Source: a virus
Lineage: Duplodnaviria; Caudoviricetes
Length of the DNA stretch: 64,000 bases
Direction: 5' to 3' (one strand)
Virus record (IMG/VR): IMGVR_UViG_3300021964_009400
Of the stretch, positions 17,465 through 27,406 are shown piece after piece. A program made the translations under genes and the position numbers. Under the pieces are notes generated by a model, which did not search any database, was not told the DNA's origin, and saw only the letters and a list, made by a program, of their open reading frames with translations. Numbering within the stretch: position 1 is the stretch's first letter; every line of letters begins with the position of its first letter.

Positions 17465-18880
17465 ATGGCAAAAGACAAAAAGAAGAAGATTCTTCTATTA
17501 TCAGATGATTTGAGAATGTCATCAGGTATCGCAACTGTATCCAAGGAAATAGTAATGGGTACATTAGATAAATTTCATTGGATTCAATTAGGAGCAGCAG
17601 TAAATCATCCAGAAAAAGGAAAAGAAATTGATTTAGGTAATGATGTTCGTAAACAAAGTGGTATCAAAGATGCTTCACTTAAAATAATTCCTTGGAGTGG
17701 ATATGGAGATGCTAATATCTTAAGAGAGTTGATAATGAGACATCAACCAGACGCAATCCTACACTTTACAGACCCAAGATATTGGAGATGGTTATATGAA
17801 ATTGAATCTGAAATAAGACAAAATATTCCAATTTTATTTTACCACATTTGGGATGATTTACCAGACCCAAAATATAACAGAGATTACTACGAAAGTTGTG
17901 ATTGGTTAGGATGTATTTCAAGACAAACTTATGGTATCGTAAGTAGAGTTGGTAAATTAGATTCAGAAACAATCAAACCTTTAGAAGATTGGCAAGTAGA
18001 TTATGTACCACATGGTATTAATTCAGAAACTTATAAGCCAGTAGAAGTACCTAAAGATTTTTATAATAAGGTTGTTGATGGTAAAGAATATAAATTTATT
18101 CTCTTTTGGATGAATAGAAATATTAAAAGAAAACAACCATCGGATGTTATATGGGCGTTCAAAAGATTTGTAGATGGATTATCAGAAGAAGATAAAGATA
18201 AAGTATGTTTGATAATGCATACTGCACCAAAAGACCAAAATGGTACAAATTTATTTGAAGTTGCAGATACTATTGCACCTGGTTTAGATATAAAATTTTC
18301 AACAGATAGAATCTCACAAAAAGAATTAAATTACATTTATAATATTGCAGACTGTACAATCAATATTGCTGGTAACGAAGGATTTGGATTAGTAACTGCT
18401 GAATCAGTAATGGCAGGAACTCCTATCATCGTAAATGTGACTGGTGGATTACAAGACCAATGTGGATTCAAATGGAATATTGCTCCCAAAGGTATGAATG
18501 AACAATGGGAATATCTAACAGCTGATGATTATGTAGATATTGGTTCACTTCATGATTACAGAGAATGGGAAGATAAAGTAACTCATGGTGAGTGGGTAAA
18601 ACCTGTATGGCCAAGAGTTCAAACTATGGTTGGTTCACTTCCAACTCCTTATATTATTGATGATAAAGTAGATGTTTATGAAGTAGCAGATGCAATTAGA
18701 TATTGGTATGATAAAACACCAGAACAAAGAAAAAAAGCAGGATTAAAAGGTAGAGAAGAATTCTTAGGTAAAATGGGATTAAATGTAGATAATCAAAACA
18801 AATGTATGGCAGATGGAATTGAGAAGGCAATTAAAAATTGGAAACCAAAAGAAAAGTTTAATGTTTACAAACTTGCATAA
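17465..18880 (+). CDS. Glycosyltransferase family 4 (GT-B)
   Basis: LLSDDLRMSSGIA, VPHGIN, NRNIKRKQ, EGFGLVTAES. Confidence 0.88.
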   Translation: MAKDKKKKILLLSDDLRMSSGIATVSKEIVMGTLDKFHWIQLGAAVNHPEKGKEIDLGNDVRKQSGIKDASLKIIPWSGYGDANILRELIMRHQPDAILHFTDPRYWRWLYEIESEIRQNIPILFYHIWDDLPDPKYNRDYYESCDWLGCISRQTYGIVSRVGKLDSETIKPLEDWQVDYVPHGINSETYKPVEVPKDFYNKVVDGKEYKFILFWMNRNIKRKQPSDVIWAFKRFVDGLSEEDKDKVCLIMHTAPKDQNGTNLFEVADTIAPGLDIKFSTDRISQKELNYIYNIADCTINIAGNEGFGLVTAESVMAGTPIIVNVTGGLQDQCGFKWNIAPKGMNEQWEYLTADDYVDIGSLHDYREWEDKVTHGEWVKPVWPRVQTMVGSLPTPYIIDDKVDVYEVADAIRYWYDKTPEQRKKAGLKGREEFLGKMGLNVDNQNKCMADGIEKAIKNWKPKEKFNVYKLA

Positions 18881-19158
18881 TGAGTAAACCAATCTTTATA
18901 GTTAGATTTCCTGGTTATTGGAGAAGTAATCAAGTAAATGAATCTCGTAAAGCAATTCATAATATGAAAGAACTTAACGAAGATTATCATATTTTAACTT
19001 TACAAGATAATGAAATTGAAACTACAAGATTTGAATGTTATAACTCACCACATGATAAAGAAACATTAGAAGAAATTACACAATTAACAAAACTTTCTAT
19101 ACAGAGATGTTTAAGAAACGAAGAAGAAAATAGATTAAAAGAATTAGAAGATGAATAA
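18880..19158 (+). CDS. Hypothetical protein
   Basis: 92-aa ORF translationally coupled on both sides. Confidence 0.55.
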   Translation: MSKPIFIVRFPGYWRSNQVNESRKAIHNMKELNEDYHILTLQDNEIETTRFECYNSPHDKETLEEITQLTKLSIQRCLRNEEENRLKELEDE

Positions 19159-20410
19159 ACCATTATTAGTATTTCAGGCACCAGTAGCAACAAGAAGTGG
19201 TTATGGTGACCATTCAAGAGATATCTTGAAATCATTATTTGAATTAGATAGATATGATATAAAAGTAGTACCAACAAGATGGGGTAATACACCACAAGAC
19301 CAACTTGACCCAACAAACGAATTTCATCAGAAAATATTACAAAACATTGCAACACAAGTTGATAAACAACCTGATATTTTTATACAAGTATCTGTTGCTA
19401 ATGAATTTAAAAAAGTTGGTAAATATAATATTGGAATAACTGCTGGTGTTGAAACAACATTAGCACCACAAAATTTTATAGATGGTTCAAATCAAATGGA
19501 TTTAATTATAACTCCATCAAAGTTTACTAAAGAAGTTTTACAAAGAACTATCTATACTCAAATGGATAAAAGAACCAATCAAAAGGTTGGTGAAATAAAA
19601 TTACAAAAACCTGTTGAAGTTTTATTTGAAGGTATAGATACAAATGTATTTAATGGTAAAGTAGAAAAATCAATTTTAGATTCTGTGGATTCTGATTTTA
19701 ACTTTTTGTATGTAGGACATTGGTTACAAGGAAATATAGGACATGATAGAAAAGATACAGGCATGACCATTAAAACATTCTGTACAGTTTTCAAAAACTT
19801 ACCAAAGAATAAACAACCAGGTCTTATATTAAAAACATCATCAGCTGGGTTTTCAGTAATGGATAGAGAACTTATAACAAAAAAGATAAAAGAAATTACT
19901 AAACCATTTGGAGATAAATGTCCTCCTATTCATTTAGTATTTGGTGATTTATCAGAATCAGAGTTAAACTCACTTTACAATGATAAAAAAGTAAAGGCAA
20001 TGTTAATGTTTACCAAAGGAGAAGGATATGGTAGACCACTTGCAGAATTTGCATCAACTGGTAAACCAATCATTGTTTCAAATTGGAGCGGACATAAAGA
20101 TTTCTTGCCAGAGGAAAATACAGTTTTTTTAGATGGTGAGTTAAAAAATGTACATGAAACCGCAGTAAATAATTTTTTACTTAAAGAGGCAAAATGGTTT
20201 TATGTAAATTATTCAACTGCAGCACAGAAGATTTTTGATGTTTATAAAAACTATGAAAAACATCTAAAAAAATCGCAAGGATTAAAAACTAATATTAATA
20301 CTAATTTTTCATTAAGTAAAATGACAGAAAAACTTAAAAGTATTATTGACCAATATGTAAAGATACAAAAGCATATTGAACTAAAATTACCAGAAATTAA
20401 AAAATTGTAA
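19151..20410 (+). CDS. Glycosyltransferase family 4 (GT-B)
   Basis: TRSGYG, DRKD, KGEGYGRPLAEF, SNWSGHKDF. Confidence 0.88.
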   Translation: MNKPLLVFQAPVATRSGYGDHSRDILKSLFELDRYDIKVVPTRWGNTPQDQLDPTNEFHQKILQNIATQVDKQPDIFIQVSVANEFKKVGKYNIGITAGVETTLAPQNFIDGSNQMDLIITPSKFTKEVLQRTIYTQMDKRTNQKVGEIKLQKPVEVLFEGIDTNVFNGKVEKSILDSVDSDFNFLYVGHWLQGNIGHDRKDTGMTIKTFCTVFKNLPKNKQPGLILKTSSAGFSVMDRELITKKIKEITKPFGDKCPPIHLVFGDLSESELNSLYNDKKVKAMLMFTKGEGYGRPLAEFASTGKPIIVSNWSGHKDFLPEENTVFLDGELKNVHETAVNNFLLKEAKWFYVNYSTAAQKIFDVYKNYEKHLKKSQGLKTNINTNFSLSKMTEKLKSIIDQYVKIQKHIELKLPEIKKL

Positions 20411-20961
20411 TGAGTATATTTACCCAACAATATCAAAAGTTTTTAAAACCAGAAAAACGAATAGCTCGTTCTTTAATTAGACCTAGAAACATTTATCGTA
20501 TTATTACATATAAGGGTGGAAACCCAATAACTAAAACAGGTCAAGAATCAAGATATGTTTTTGTAATTGGTGTTGTTAACGAAAAAATACATTGTATAAA
20601 ACTAAATCCAGTAAGACCTTTATTTTTTATAGAACTCATAAAAAAATTAAGGGATAAAAGAGTTACACCAAATTCTCAATTAAGATTAGAATATATGTTG
20701 AAAAAATTTGCAAGAGATGGTAGTGCTTTATTTGATGGTTATATAAAAACTAATAAAAAACTGTATAATACTGATTTAAAAAATTATAGAACTTATATTC
20801 TAGATAAAATTGTAAATGTTTATGAAATTAGGTTTGAACAAGATATATTAGATAATTTATTTGGTACAATAAATACACAATCTGAGGTTAGAGAAATACT
20901 AAGAGATGAAAATACAGAGATTGATGATATAAATAACCAAAGTTTAAATACTGAACAATGA
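20410..20961 (+). CDS. Hypothetical protein
   Basis: 183-aa coupled ORF. Confidence 0.6.
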   Translation: MSIFTQQYQKFLKPEKRIARSLIRPRNIYRIITYKGGNPITKTGQESRYVFVIGVVNEKIHCIKLNPVRPLFFIELIKKLRDKRVTPNSQLRLEYMLKKFARDGSALFDGYIKTNKKLYNTDLKNYRTYILDKIVNVYEIRFEQDILDNLFGTINTQSEVREILRDENTEIDDINNQSLNTEQ

Positions 20962-21581
20962 CAATAAGTTATGCAATTACAGTTTGTAATGAGTTAGAAG
21001 AAATAACAAAACTTTTAAACTTTTTACAAACAAATATTAGAAAAGAAGATGAAATAGTAATTCAATATGATGAAACATCTGTTACAGATGGAGTTATGGA
21101 TTACTTAAAATTAATGGATTCAATGCACGATAATCATAAAGTTATTGGATTTCCATTAAACAAAGATTTTGCATCATTTAAAAATAATCTTAAATCTCAT
21201 TGTACAAAAGATTATATTTTTCAAGTAGATGCAGATGAAATTCCACACGAATTTTTGGTAGAATATTTAGGACAAGTTTTAAAAGATAATCCAGTCGATA
21301 TTGTATTTGTACCAAGAATAAATACAGTTGAAGGTTTAACACAATCTCATATAGATAAATGGAAGTGGAAAGTAAATGAAAATGGTTGGGTAAACTTTCC
21401 TGATTACCAAACACGAATTTACAAAAACACACCAGATGTAACTTGGATGAATAAAGTACACGAAAGAATAACTGGTTACGATACATTTTCAAACTTTCCT
21501 GCAGAGGAACAATGGAGTTTATATCATCACAAACAAATAGATAGACAAGAAAAACAAAACGAATTTTACGAAACAATTTAA
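20958..21581 (+). CDS. Glycosyltransferase family 2
   Basis: ISYAITVCNE, QVDADE, PDYQTRI, VHE. Confidence 0.85.
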   Translation: MTISYAITVCNELEEITKLLNFLQTNIRKEDEIVIQYDETSVTDGVMDYLKLMDSMHDNHKVIGFPLNKDFASFKNNLKSHCTKDYIFQVDADEIPHEFLVEYLGQVLKDNPVDIVFVPRINTVEGLTQSHIDKWKWKVNENGWVNFPDYQTRIYKNTPDVTWMNKVHERITGYDTFSNFPAEEQWSLYHHKQIDRQEKQNEFYETI

Positions 21582-21583
21582 TT

Positions 21584-21883
21584 ATGGAAGGACAATTTAA
21601 ACCATTAGGTGATAGAGTTTTAATAAAACCTAATAAAATAGAAAAAATAACAAAGGGTGGAATTATTATCGCAGATTCAATACAGGTTAATCAAAAAGTA
21701 TATGGAGAAGTTATATCAATAGGTACTGGTATATTTTCTCAAAGTGGAGAAAGAATTCCAATGACTGTAAAAGTTGGAGATACTGTGATGTATGAAAAAG
21801 GACATGCAGTTAATAAAATTGAAATGGGAGACGAAGAATATATTTTATTTAACGAACATCAACTAATAGGAATAGTAAAATGA
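21584..21883 (+). CDS. groES: Co-chaperonin GroES
   Basis: FKPLGDRVLI, TKGGIII mobile loop, GEVISIGTG, VKVGDTV. Confidence 0.92.
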   Translation: MEGQFKPLGDRVLIKPNKIEKITKGGIIIADSIQVNQKVYGEVISIGTGIFSQSGERIPMTVKVGDTVMYEKGHAVNKIEMGDEEYILFNEHQLIGIVK

Positions 21884-22734
21884 AAAAGATATTAGTAACT
21901 GGAGGAGCTGGTTTTATAGGAACTAATCTCATAAAAAGATTATTATCAGAAGGACATCGTGTTGTTTCTATTGATAATTATGAAACAGGTACAAAAGCTA
22001 ATCATGTTGAAGGATTTGTTAAATATATAAATGCAGATATAGAAACTATTGAGTATCTTGCAGGTGATTATGATTTGGTATATCATTTAGCTGCATTAAG
22101 TAGAATCCAACCTTCATTTGAAAATCCAACAGAAACATTTAGAGTTAATACAAGAGGAACTGAAGCAGTATGTGAATGGGCAAAATCAAAAGGAATTAAA
22201 GTAGTTTATGCAGGTTCATCTTCAAAACATCATGACCCTTCACAATCTCCATATGCTATGTACAAATATCTAGGAGAAGAAGTTTGTAAGTTATACAAAA
22301 AAACTTATGGGTTAGATGTAGAGATTTGTAGATTTTATAATGTGTATGGACCAAATGAAGTTATAGAAGGAGATTGGGCTGCAGTAATTGGTATATGGAG
22401 GAGACAAGTTAGAGATGGTGAAAACATTACAATCATTGGCGATGGAGAACAGAGAAGAGATTTTACTCATGTTGTAGATATAGTTGATGGATTATATAAA
22501 GTAGGTATAGGTAATGAAAAACACGAAGATGCGTGGGAACTTGGTTGTGGTGTAAACTATTCAATCAATGAAATGTTTGGAATGTTCAAACAAAGATTTC
22601 CACAGATAGAACCACTTTACTTACCAGACCAACCAGGTAATTATAGAAAAACTTTAAGAGAAAATAACGATACATTAGAAAGATTGGGGTGGGAACCAAA
22701 AAATAGATTAAACGATTATATTCAATCACTATGA
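21880..22734 (+). CDS. NAD-dependent epimerase/dehydratase
   Basis: VTGGAGFIG, SPYAMYK (YxxxK), RFYNVYGP, RDFTHV. Confidence 0.92.
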   Translation: MKKILVTGGAGFIGTNLIKRLLSEGHRVVSIDNYETGTKANHVEGFVKYINADIETIEYLAGDYDLVYHLAALSRIQPSFENPTETFRVNTRGTEAVCEWAKSKGIKVVYAGSSSKHHDPSQSPYAMYKYLGEEVCKLYKKTYGLDVEICRFYNVYGPNEVIEGDWAAVIGIWRRQVRDGENITIIGDGEQRRDFTHVVDIVDGLYKVGIGNEKHEDAWELGCGVNYSINEMFGMFKQRFPQIEPLYLPDQPGNYRKTLRENNDTLERLGWEPKNRLNDYIQSL

Positions 22735-23549
22735 TAGGAATCATTGGTCAAGGATTCGTTGGTAATGCAGTTTACCAAAAATTTAAAAAATACTATAATG
22801 TTTTAACTTATGATATTATATCTGAAAAAGGTAATAGTACATTTGATAAGTTAGAAAGAAGTTGTAGAACTATATTTATTTGTTTACCAACACCAATGAA
22901 TTCAGATGGTAGTTGTAATGTATCTATAATTGAAGAAGTTTTAAAAAAATTAAACTACAAAGGATTTCATGAAGTGGTTATTAAATCTACAATACCACCA
23001 GGTACAACTACAAAGTGGAATGAAAAGTATAGTGATTTACAAATAGTTTTTAATCCTGAATTTTTAACTGAAAGAAATGCAGTTAAAGATTATGAAAATG
23101 AAAATAGAATTATTTTAGGTGGACCAAGACCAGCAACTACAAAGTTAAAAAGATTATTTTCAAAAGTATTTCCATCAGCACATATAATCAAAACTGATTC
23201 AACTCATGCTGAAATGGTAAAATATTTAACTAATACATTCTTATCAACTAAAGTATCTTTTGCAAATGAAATATATCAGATATGTGAAAAACTTGATGTA
23301 GATTACGATAAAGTAATTGAATATGCAACACAAGATGATAGATTAGGAAAATCTCATTGGAATGTACCAGGTCACGATGGGGATTTTGGTTTTGGAGGAC
23401 ATTGTTTTCCTAAAGATTTAGCAGCTATTTTATATCTTACAGATAAGTTAGGTACTGTCAACAATGTATTACGGTCAACTCAGAAAACCAACGATACAGT
23501 TAGAAAGAATAGAGATTGGGAACAAATGAAAGGAAGAGCAGTATTATGA
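22731..23549 (+). CDS. ugd: UDP-glucose/GDP-mannose 6-dehydrogenase family (short form)
   Basis: GQGFVG, IKSTIPPG, FNPEFL, GFGGHCFPKD; lacks the usual C-terminal domain. Confidence 0.85.
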   Translation: MIGIIGQGFVGNAVYQKFKKYYNVLTYDIISEKGNSTFDKLERSCRTIFICLPTPMNSDGSCNVSIIEEVLKKLNYKGFHEVVIKSTIPPGTTTKWNEKYSDLQIVFNPEFLTERNAVKDYENENRIILGGPRPATTKLKRLFSKVFPSAHIIKTDSTHAEMVKYLTNTFLSTKVSFANEIYQICEKLDVDYDKVIEYATQDDRLGKSHWNVPGHDGDFGFGGHCFPKDLAAILYLTDKLGTVNNVLRSTQKTNDTVRKNRDWEQMKGRAVL

Positions 23550-24433
23550 AGATAACATTTATATATGCATATGAAAACGAAGAATGGTCAACACCACTTG
23601 CACTTGCTACTGAATTTGGTTCTTTAGGTTGGGAAGTTGAAATAGTTTCGATAGGCTCCAATAGATTGCAGAATTGGAATGATACTCAAATAAAAAAGTG
23701 GTTAGATGATAAACCAAAAACAGATATTGTTTTGTTTATGGATTGGGGTAGATTTGATTCACCTCTTTTAGATAAAAATTTAGTAGATGCTTTTTGGGTA
23801 CAAGAAAGTGGAGATGACCCACAAAACTTTGATAGAAACTTCCCTAAATCAGAAAGATTTCATATAACGCTTTCACCTGATGCTGAATCAACAGAAAAAT
23901 ATAAAAAAAGAAATCAAGATGCATATTGGTGGACACACTTTGCAGATACGCGAGTTCAGTTTCCAACCTTATCAGAACCAGAATTTGTTGCAGTAACATC
24001 ACGAGGTAAAGGAGGTTCTGTATTTTTAGACCAACTTACATATCACTCAAACGGTGCAGTTGGAAATCAAAATGGTTTTGATTCAAAACAACATACTGAA
24101 TTTCTTAACAAAGGATTGATGGTTATTCAGAATTCAAGATGGGGTGAGGTAACTCGTAGAATTTTTGAAGGTATGGCTTGTGGTAAAATGGTTCTATGTG
24201 ATAGATTGCATGAAAACAAAAAATTACACGAATTATTTATTGATGGAGAAGATATAGTTTATTATGATGATATTATAGATTGTATCCATAAGATGAATAA
24301 ATACAGAGAGGATGATACAGAACGAGAAAGAATAGCCAATAATGGTTTTAAAAAGGTTTTAGAAAACCATACTCAGAAACAAAGAGTAGAATTTTTAATA
24401 GAAAAATATAACGAATGGAAAAACTCCCAATAA
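23546..24433 (+). CDS. Glycosyltransferase (Glyco_trans_1_2 / CgeB-like)
   Basis: RRIFEGMACG...LFIDGEDIVYY; likely start is the ATGA overlap at 23546. Confidence 0.75.
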   Translation: MKITFIYAYENEEWSTPLALATEFGSLGWEVEIVSIGSNRLQNWNDTQIKKWLDDKPKTDIVLFMDWGRFDSPLLDKNLVDAFWVQESGDDPQNFDRNFPKSERFHITLSPDAESTEKYKKRNQDAYWWTHFADTRVQFPTLSEPEFVAVTSRGKGGSVFLDQLTYHSNGAVGNQNGFDSKQHTEFLNKGLMVIQNSRWGEVTRRIFEGMACGKMVLCDRLHENKKLHELFIDGEDIVYYDDIIDCIHKMNKYREDDTERERIANNGFKKVLENHTQKQRVEFLIEKYNEWKNSQ

Positions 24434-25155
24434 GTATTGGTATATTATCTTGGAAAAGTGGACAAACTCTTGTTAACACTTTACAAACTTACTTTGATAG
24501 AAAATTTCTTCATCAAGTAAATGATGTATGTATTTTATTCCAAGAAGTTTCAGAACAAGATAAACAAATAGCAGAACATTTTAACATTCCTTATATTGGA
24601 TTAAATAATAATATAGGAATAGGACAAGGATTTATTAGATTGACTGAGCAGGCTAAAACTGATAATGTAATGGTTTTAGAACATGATTGGAAATTAATTG
24701 AAGATGCAGGAGTTACCATTGATAGAGTAAAGAGTGGAATAGAGTTATTAGATAATGGATATTCTTGTGTAAGATACAGACATAGAAAAGACCCTGGTCA
24801 TCCACATTTTTCATTTAGATATCAAGGTAAAGAACTAGATTACTACGATAAGGAAATAGAGTGTACATCACCTCATTTATTAGATTCAGTTCATTGGTGT
24901 GACCCATTTGAAAGTTTCCCACAACATATTGGAAAAGAAGGTGAGTATTTTACTACAACATCTCGTTATGGTAATTGGACAAATAATCCTTGTTTATATA
25001 AAAAGGATTTTTACCTAGATACAGTAAAACAATTTGCTGGTGAGGGTATTGCATTAGAAGGTAACATTTCTAAATGGTGGGCTAAACAAACTTATAAAGT
25101 TGCTCATGGTGAGGGATTGTTCAAACACATAGATGAAGGTAAACATGGCAGATAA
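24415..25155 (+). CDS. GT-A-like protein
   Basis: ISIGILSW, MVLEHDW, WTNNP. Confidence 0.55.
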   Translation: MEKLPISIGILSWKSGQTLVNTLQTYFDRKFLHQVNDVCILFQEVSEQDKQIAEHFNIPYIGLNNNIGIGQGFIRLTEQAKTDNVMVLEHDWKLIEDAGVTIDRVKSGIELLDNGYSCVRYRHRKDPGHPHFSFRYQGKELDYYDKEIECTSPHLLDSVHWCDPFESFPQHIGKEGEYFTTTSRYGNWTNNPCLYKKDFYLDTVKQFAGEGIALEGNISKWWAKQTYKVAHGEGLFKHIDEGKHGR

Positions 25156-26521
25156 AATTAAATTAGTTATATTCGATTTAGATGGTGTATTAGTGGAAGC
25201 TAAAAACATACACTATAAAGCACTTAATGAAGCATTAGGTAAAGAATATGCTATAACTTGGAATGAACATCTATCAACTTATGATGGATTAAAAACCACT
25301 CAAAAGTTAGATATGTTAACAGAAAGAAAAGGATTATCTGTTGATGAACATCAATCTATTTGGGAAAGAAAACAACAGATTACACTTCAGAAACTAAAAC
25401 AATTAGGTACAGATGATATTCTTATTGAGTTGATGGATTGGTTATCATCAAATGGATACAAAATAGCAGTATGTTCTAATTCAATTAGAAAAACAGTTCT
25501 AACTGTACTTTCAAAGTTGGGTATTATGGAATTTATGGATTACATTATATCAAATGAAGATGTGGATAATAGTAAACCACATCCTGAAATGTATTGGACT
25601 GCAATTTCAAAGATGAAATCTTTACCAGAAGAAACTTTAATAGTAGAAGATTCTCCTTATGGATTACTTGCAGCTGCTCGTTCTAAATCACATATATTGA
25701 GAGTTAAGAATACAAAACAAACTAATTTAAAAAACATACAAAATAAATTAAATCAAATAGAAATGGGAGAACAACAATCAACACCGGCATGGAGAGATGA
25801 AACATTAAATGTTTTAATTCCAATGGCAGGAGCAGGAAGTAGATTTCAACAAGCAGGATATACTTTTCCAAAACCACTTATTGAAGTTAAAGGTAAGCCT
25901 ATGATTCAAGTTGTGGTAGAAAATTTAAATATTAAAGCAAACTTTATTTATGTTGTACAAAAAGAACATAGAGAAAAGTATAATTTAGATACTTTATTAA
26001 ATTTAATTACACCAAATTGTAAGATTGTTGAAGTAGATGGATTAACAGAAGGTGCAGCTTGTACGGCATTACTTGCTAAAGAATATATTGATTCGGAAAA
26101 TCCTTTATTCTTCGCTAACTCAGACCAATTTGTTGAGTGGGATTCAAATGAGTTTTTATACAAAATGAATGAAACAAACGCAGATGGTGGAATTGTATCA
26201 TTTAGAGCAACACACCCAAAGTGGTCATTTGCTAAGATTGATGAACAAGGATTAGTAACTGAAGTTGCAGAAAAGAATCCTATCTCAGATATCGCAACTG
26301 TTGGATATTATTATTGGAAACAAGGTTCTGATTTTGTAAAGTATGCAGAAGAAATGATTGAAAAAGATATCAGAGTAAACAATGAGTTTTATGTTTGTCC
26401 TGTTTTCAATCAAGCAATAGAAGATGGAAAAGAAATTCGTACCTTTGATATTCCTAAGATGTGGGGATTAGGTACACCAGAAGATTTAAAAGAATATTTA
26501 GAAAATTATAAACAAAAATGA
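25145..26521 (+). CDS. Fused HAD phosphatase + sugar nucleotidyltransferase
   Basis: N-terminal FDLDGVL, KPHPE, VEDS; C-terminal IPMAGAGSRF...PKPLI, LGTPED. Confidence 0.88.
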   Translation: MADKIKLVIFDLDGVLVEAKNIHYKALNEALGKEYAITWNEHLSTYDGLKTTQKLDMLTERKGLSVDEHQSIWERKQQITLQKLKQLGTDDILIELMDWLSSNGYKIAVCSNSIRKTVLTVLSKLGIMEFMDYIISNEDVDNSKPHPEMYWTAISKMKSLPEETLIVEDSPYGLLAAARSKSHILRVKNTKQTNLKNIQNKLNQIEMGEQQSTPAWRDETLNVLIPMAGAGSRFQQAGYTFPKPLIEVKGKPMIQVVVENLNIKANFIYVVQKEHREKYNLDTLLNLITPNCKIVEVDGLTEGAACTALLAKEYIDSENPLFFANSDQFVEWDSNEFLYKMNETNADGGIVSFRATHPKWSFAKIDEQGLVTEVAEKNPISDIATVGYYYWKQGSDFVKYAEEMIEKDIRVNNEFYVCPVFNQAIEDGKEIRTFDIPKMWGLGTPEDLKEYLENYKQK

Positions 26522-26970
26522 TATTAATTTCACATAGAGGAAATCTAGATGGTAAACAAGAAAACCTTGAAAACATTCCAGGCTATATTGATGCAGCAAT
26601 AGAACAAGGTTTTGATGTTGAAGTAGATTTAAGATATCATGAAGGTGGATTTTGGTTAGGACATGATAAACCTGATTACGAAATTACTTTAGATTGGTTA
26701 AGTGATAGAAAAGATTCTTTATGGATTCATTGTAAAGATTTAATTACAATTGATATGTTAAGAGAATTACAAATCCATAATAAACTTGATTTAAATTATT
26801 TCTTTCATGATACCGATGATTGTACTATTACATCAAAAGGAGATTTATGGGTTTATCCTGGTAAACAACCAGTAAAGAATAGTATAGCAGTACTACCTGA
26901 ATGGTATTTAGAAGATGATATTAGTTTTTGTAAAGGAATATGTTCAGATGTTATAAAAAAATATGAATAG
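26518..26970 (+). CDS. Glycerophosphodiester phosphodiesterase-like protein
   Basis: ISHRGN, EN, DVEVD, LGHD, WIHCK. Confidence 0.75.
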   Translation: MILISHRGNLDGKQENLENIPGYIDAAIEQGFDVEVDLRYHEGGFWLGHDKPDYEITLDWLSDRKDSLWIHCKDLITIDMLRELQIHNKLDLNYFFHDTDDCTITSKGDLWVYPGKQPVKNSIAVLPEWYLEDDISFCKGICSDVIKKYE

Positions 26971-27406
26971 TAAACAAAAAATAGGATTTACTGCTGGTAA
27001 CTTTGATTTACTACATCCAGGTTATATTTACACTTTTGAAGAGGCAAAAAGACATTGTGACAAATTTATAGTGTTTCTTCAAAGAGACCCATCACAACAT
27101 AGAAAATCAAAATATAAACCAATCATACCAATATATGAAAGGTATAAAACATTAATGGCAATAAAATATATCGATGAAGTTTATATTTATCAAACTGAAA
27201 AAGATTTATTAAAATTAATCAAGTTTTTTAAACCTGATGTTAGAATACTTGGTGAAGATTATATAGGTAAACCATTTACTGGTAATGATTTGGATATAGA
27301 AGTTATCTATACAACTCGTTCTCATGACTGGTCAACAACAAAAATCAAAGATTTAATTACAAAACAAACAATTAAACAAAATCCAAACATATTAAATGAT
27401 GAATAA
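26963..27406 (+). CDS. Cytidylyltransferase (TagD/RfaE-like)
   Basis: GNFDLLHPGY (HxGH variant), GEDY, WSTTKIK. Confidence 0.82.
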   Translation: MNSKQKIGFTAGNFDLLHPGYIYTFEEAKRHCDKFIVFLQRDPSQHRKSKYKPIIPIYERYKTLMAIKYIDEVYIYQTEKDLLKLIKFFKPDVRILGEDYIGKPFTGNDLDIEVIYTTRSHDWSTTKIKDLITKQTIKQNPNILNDE

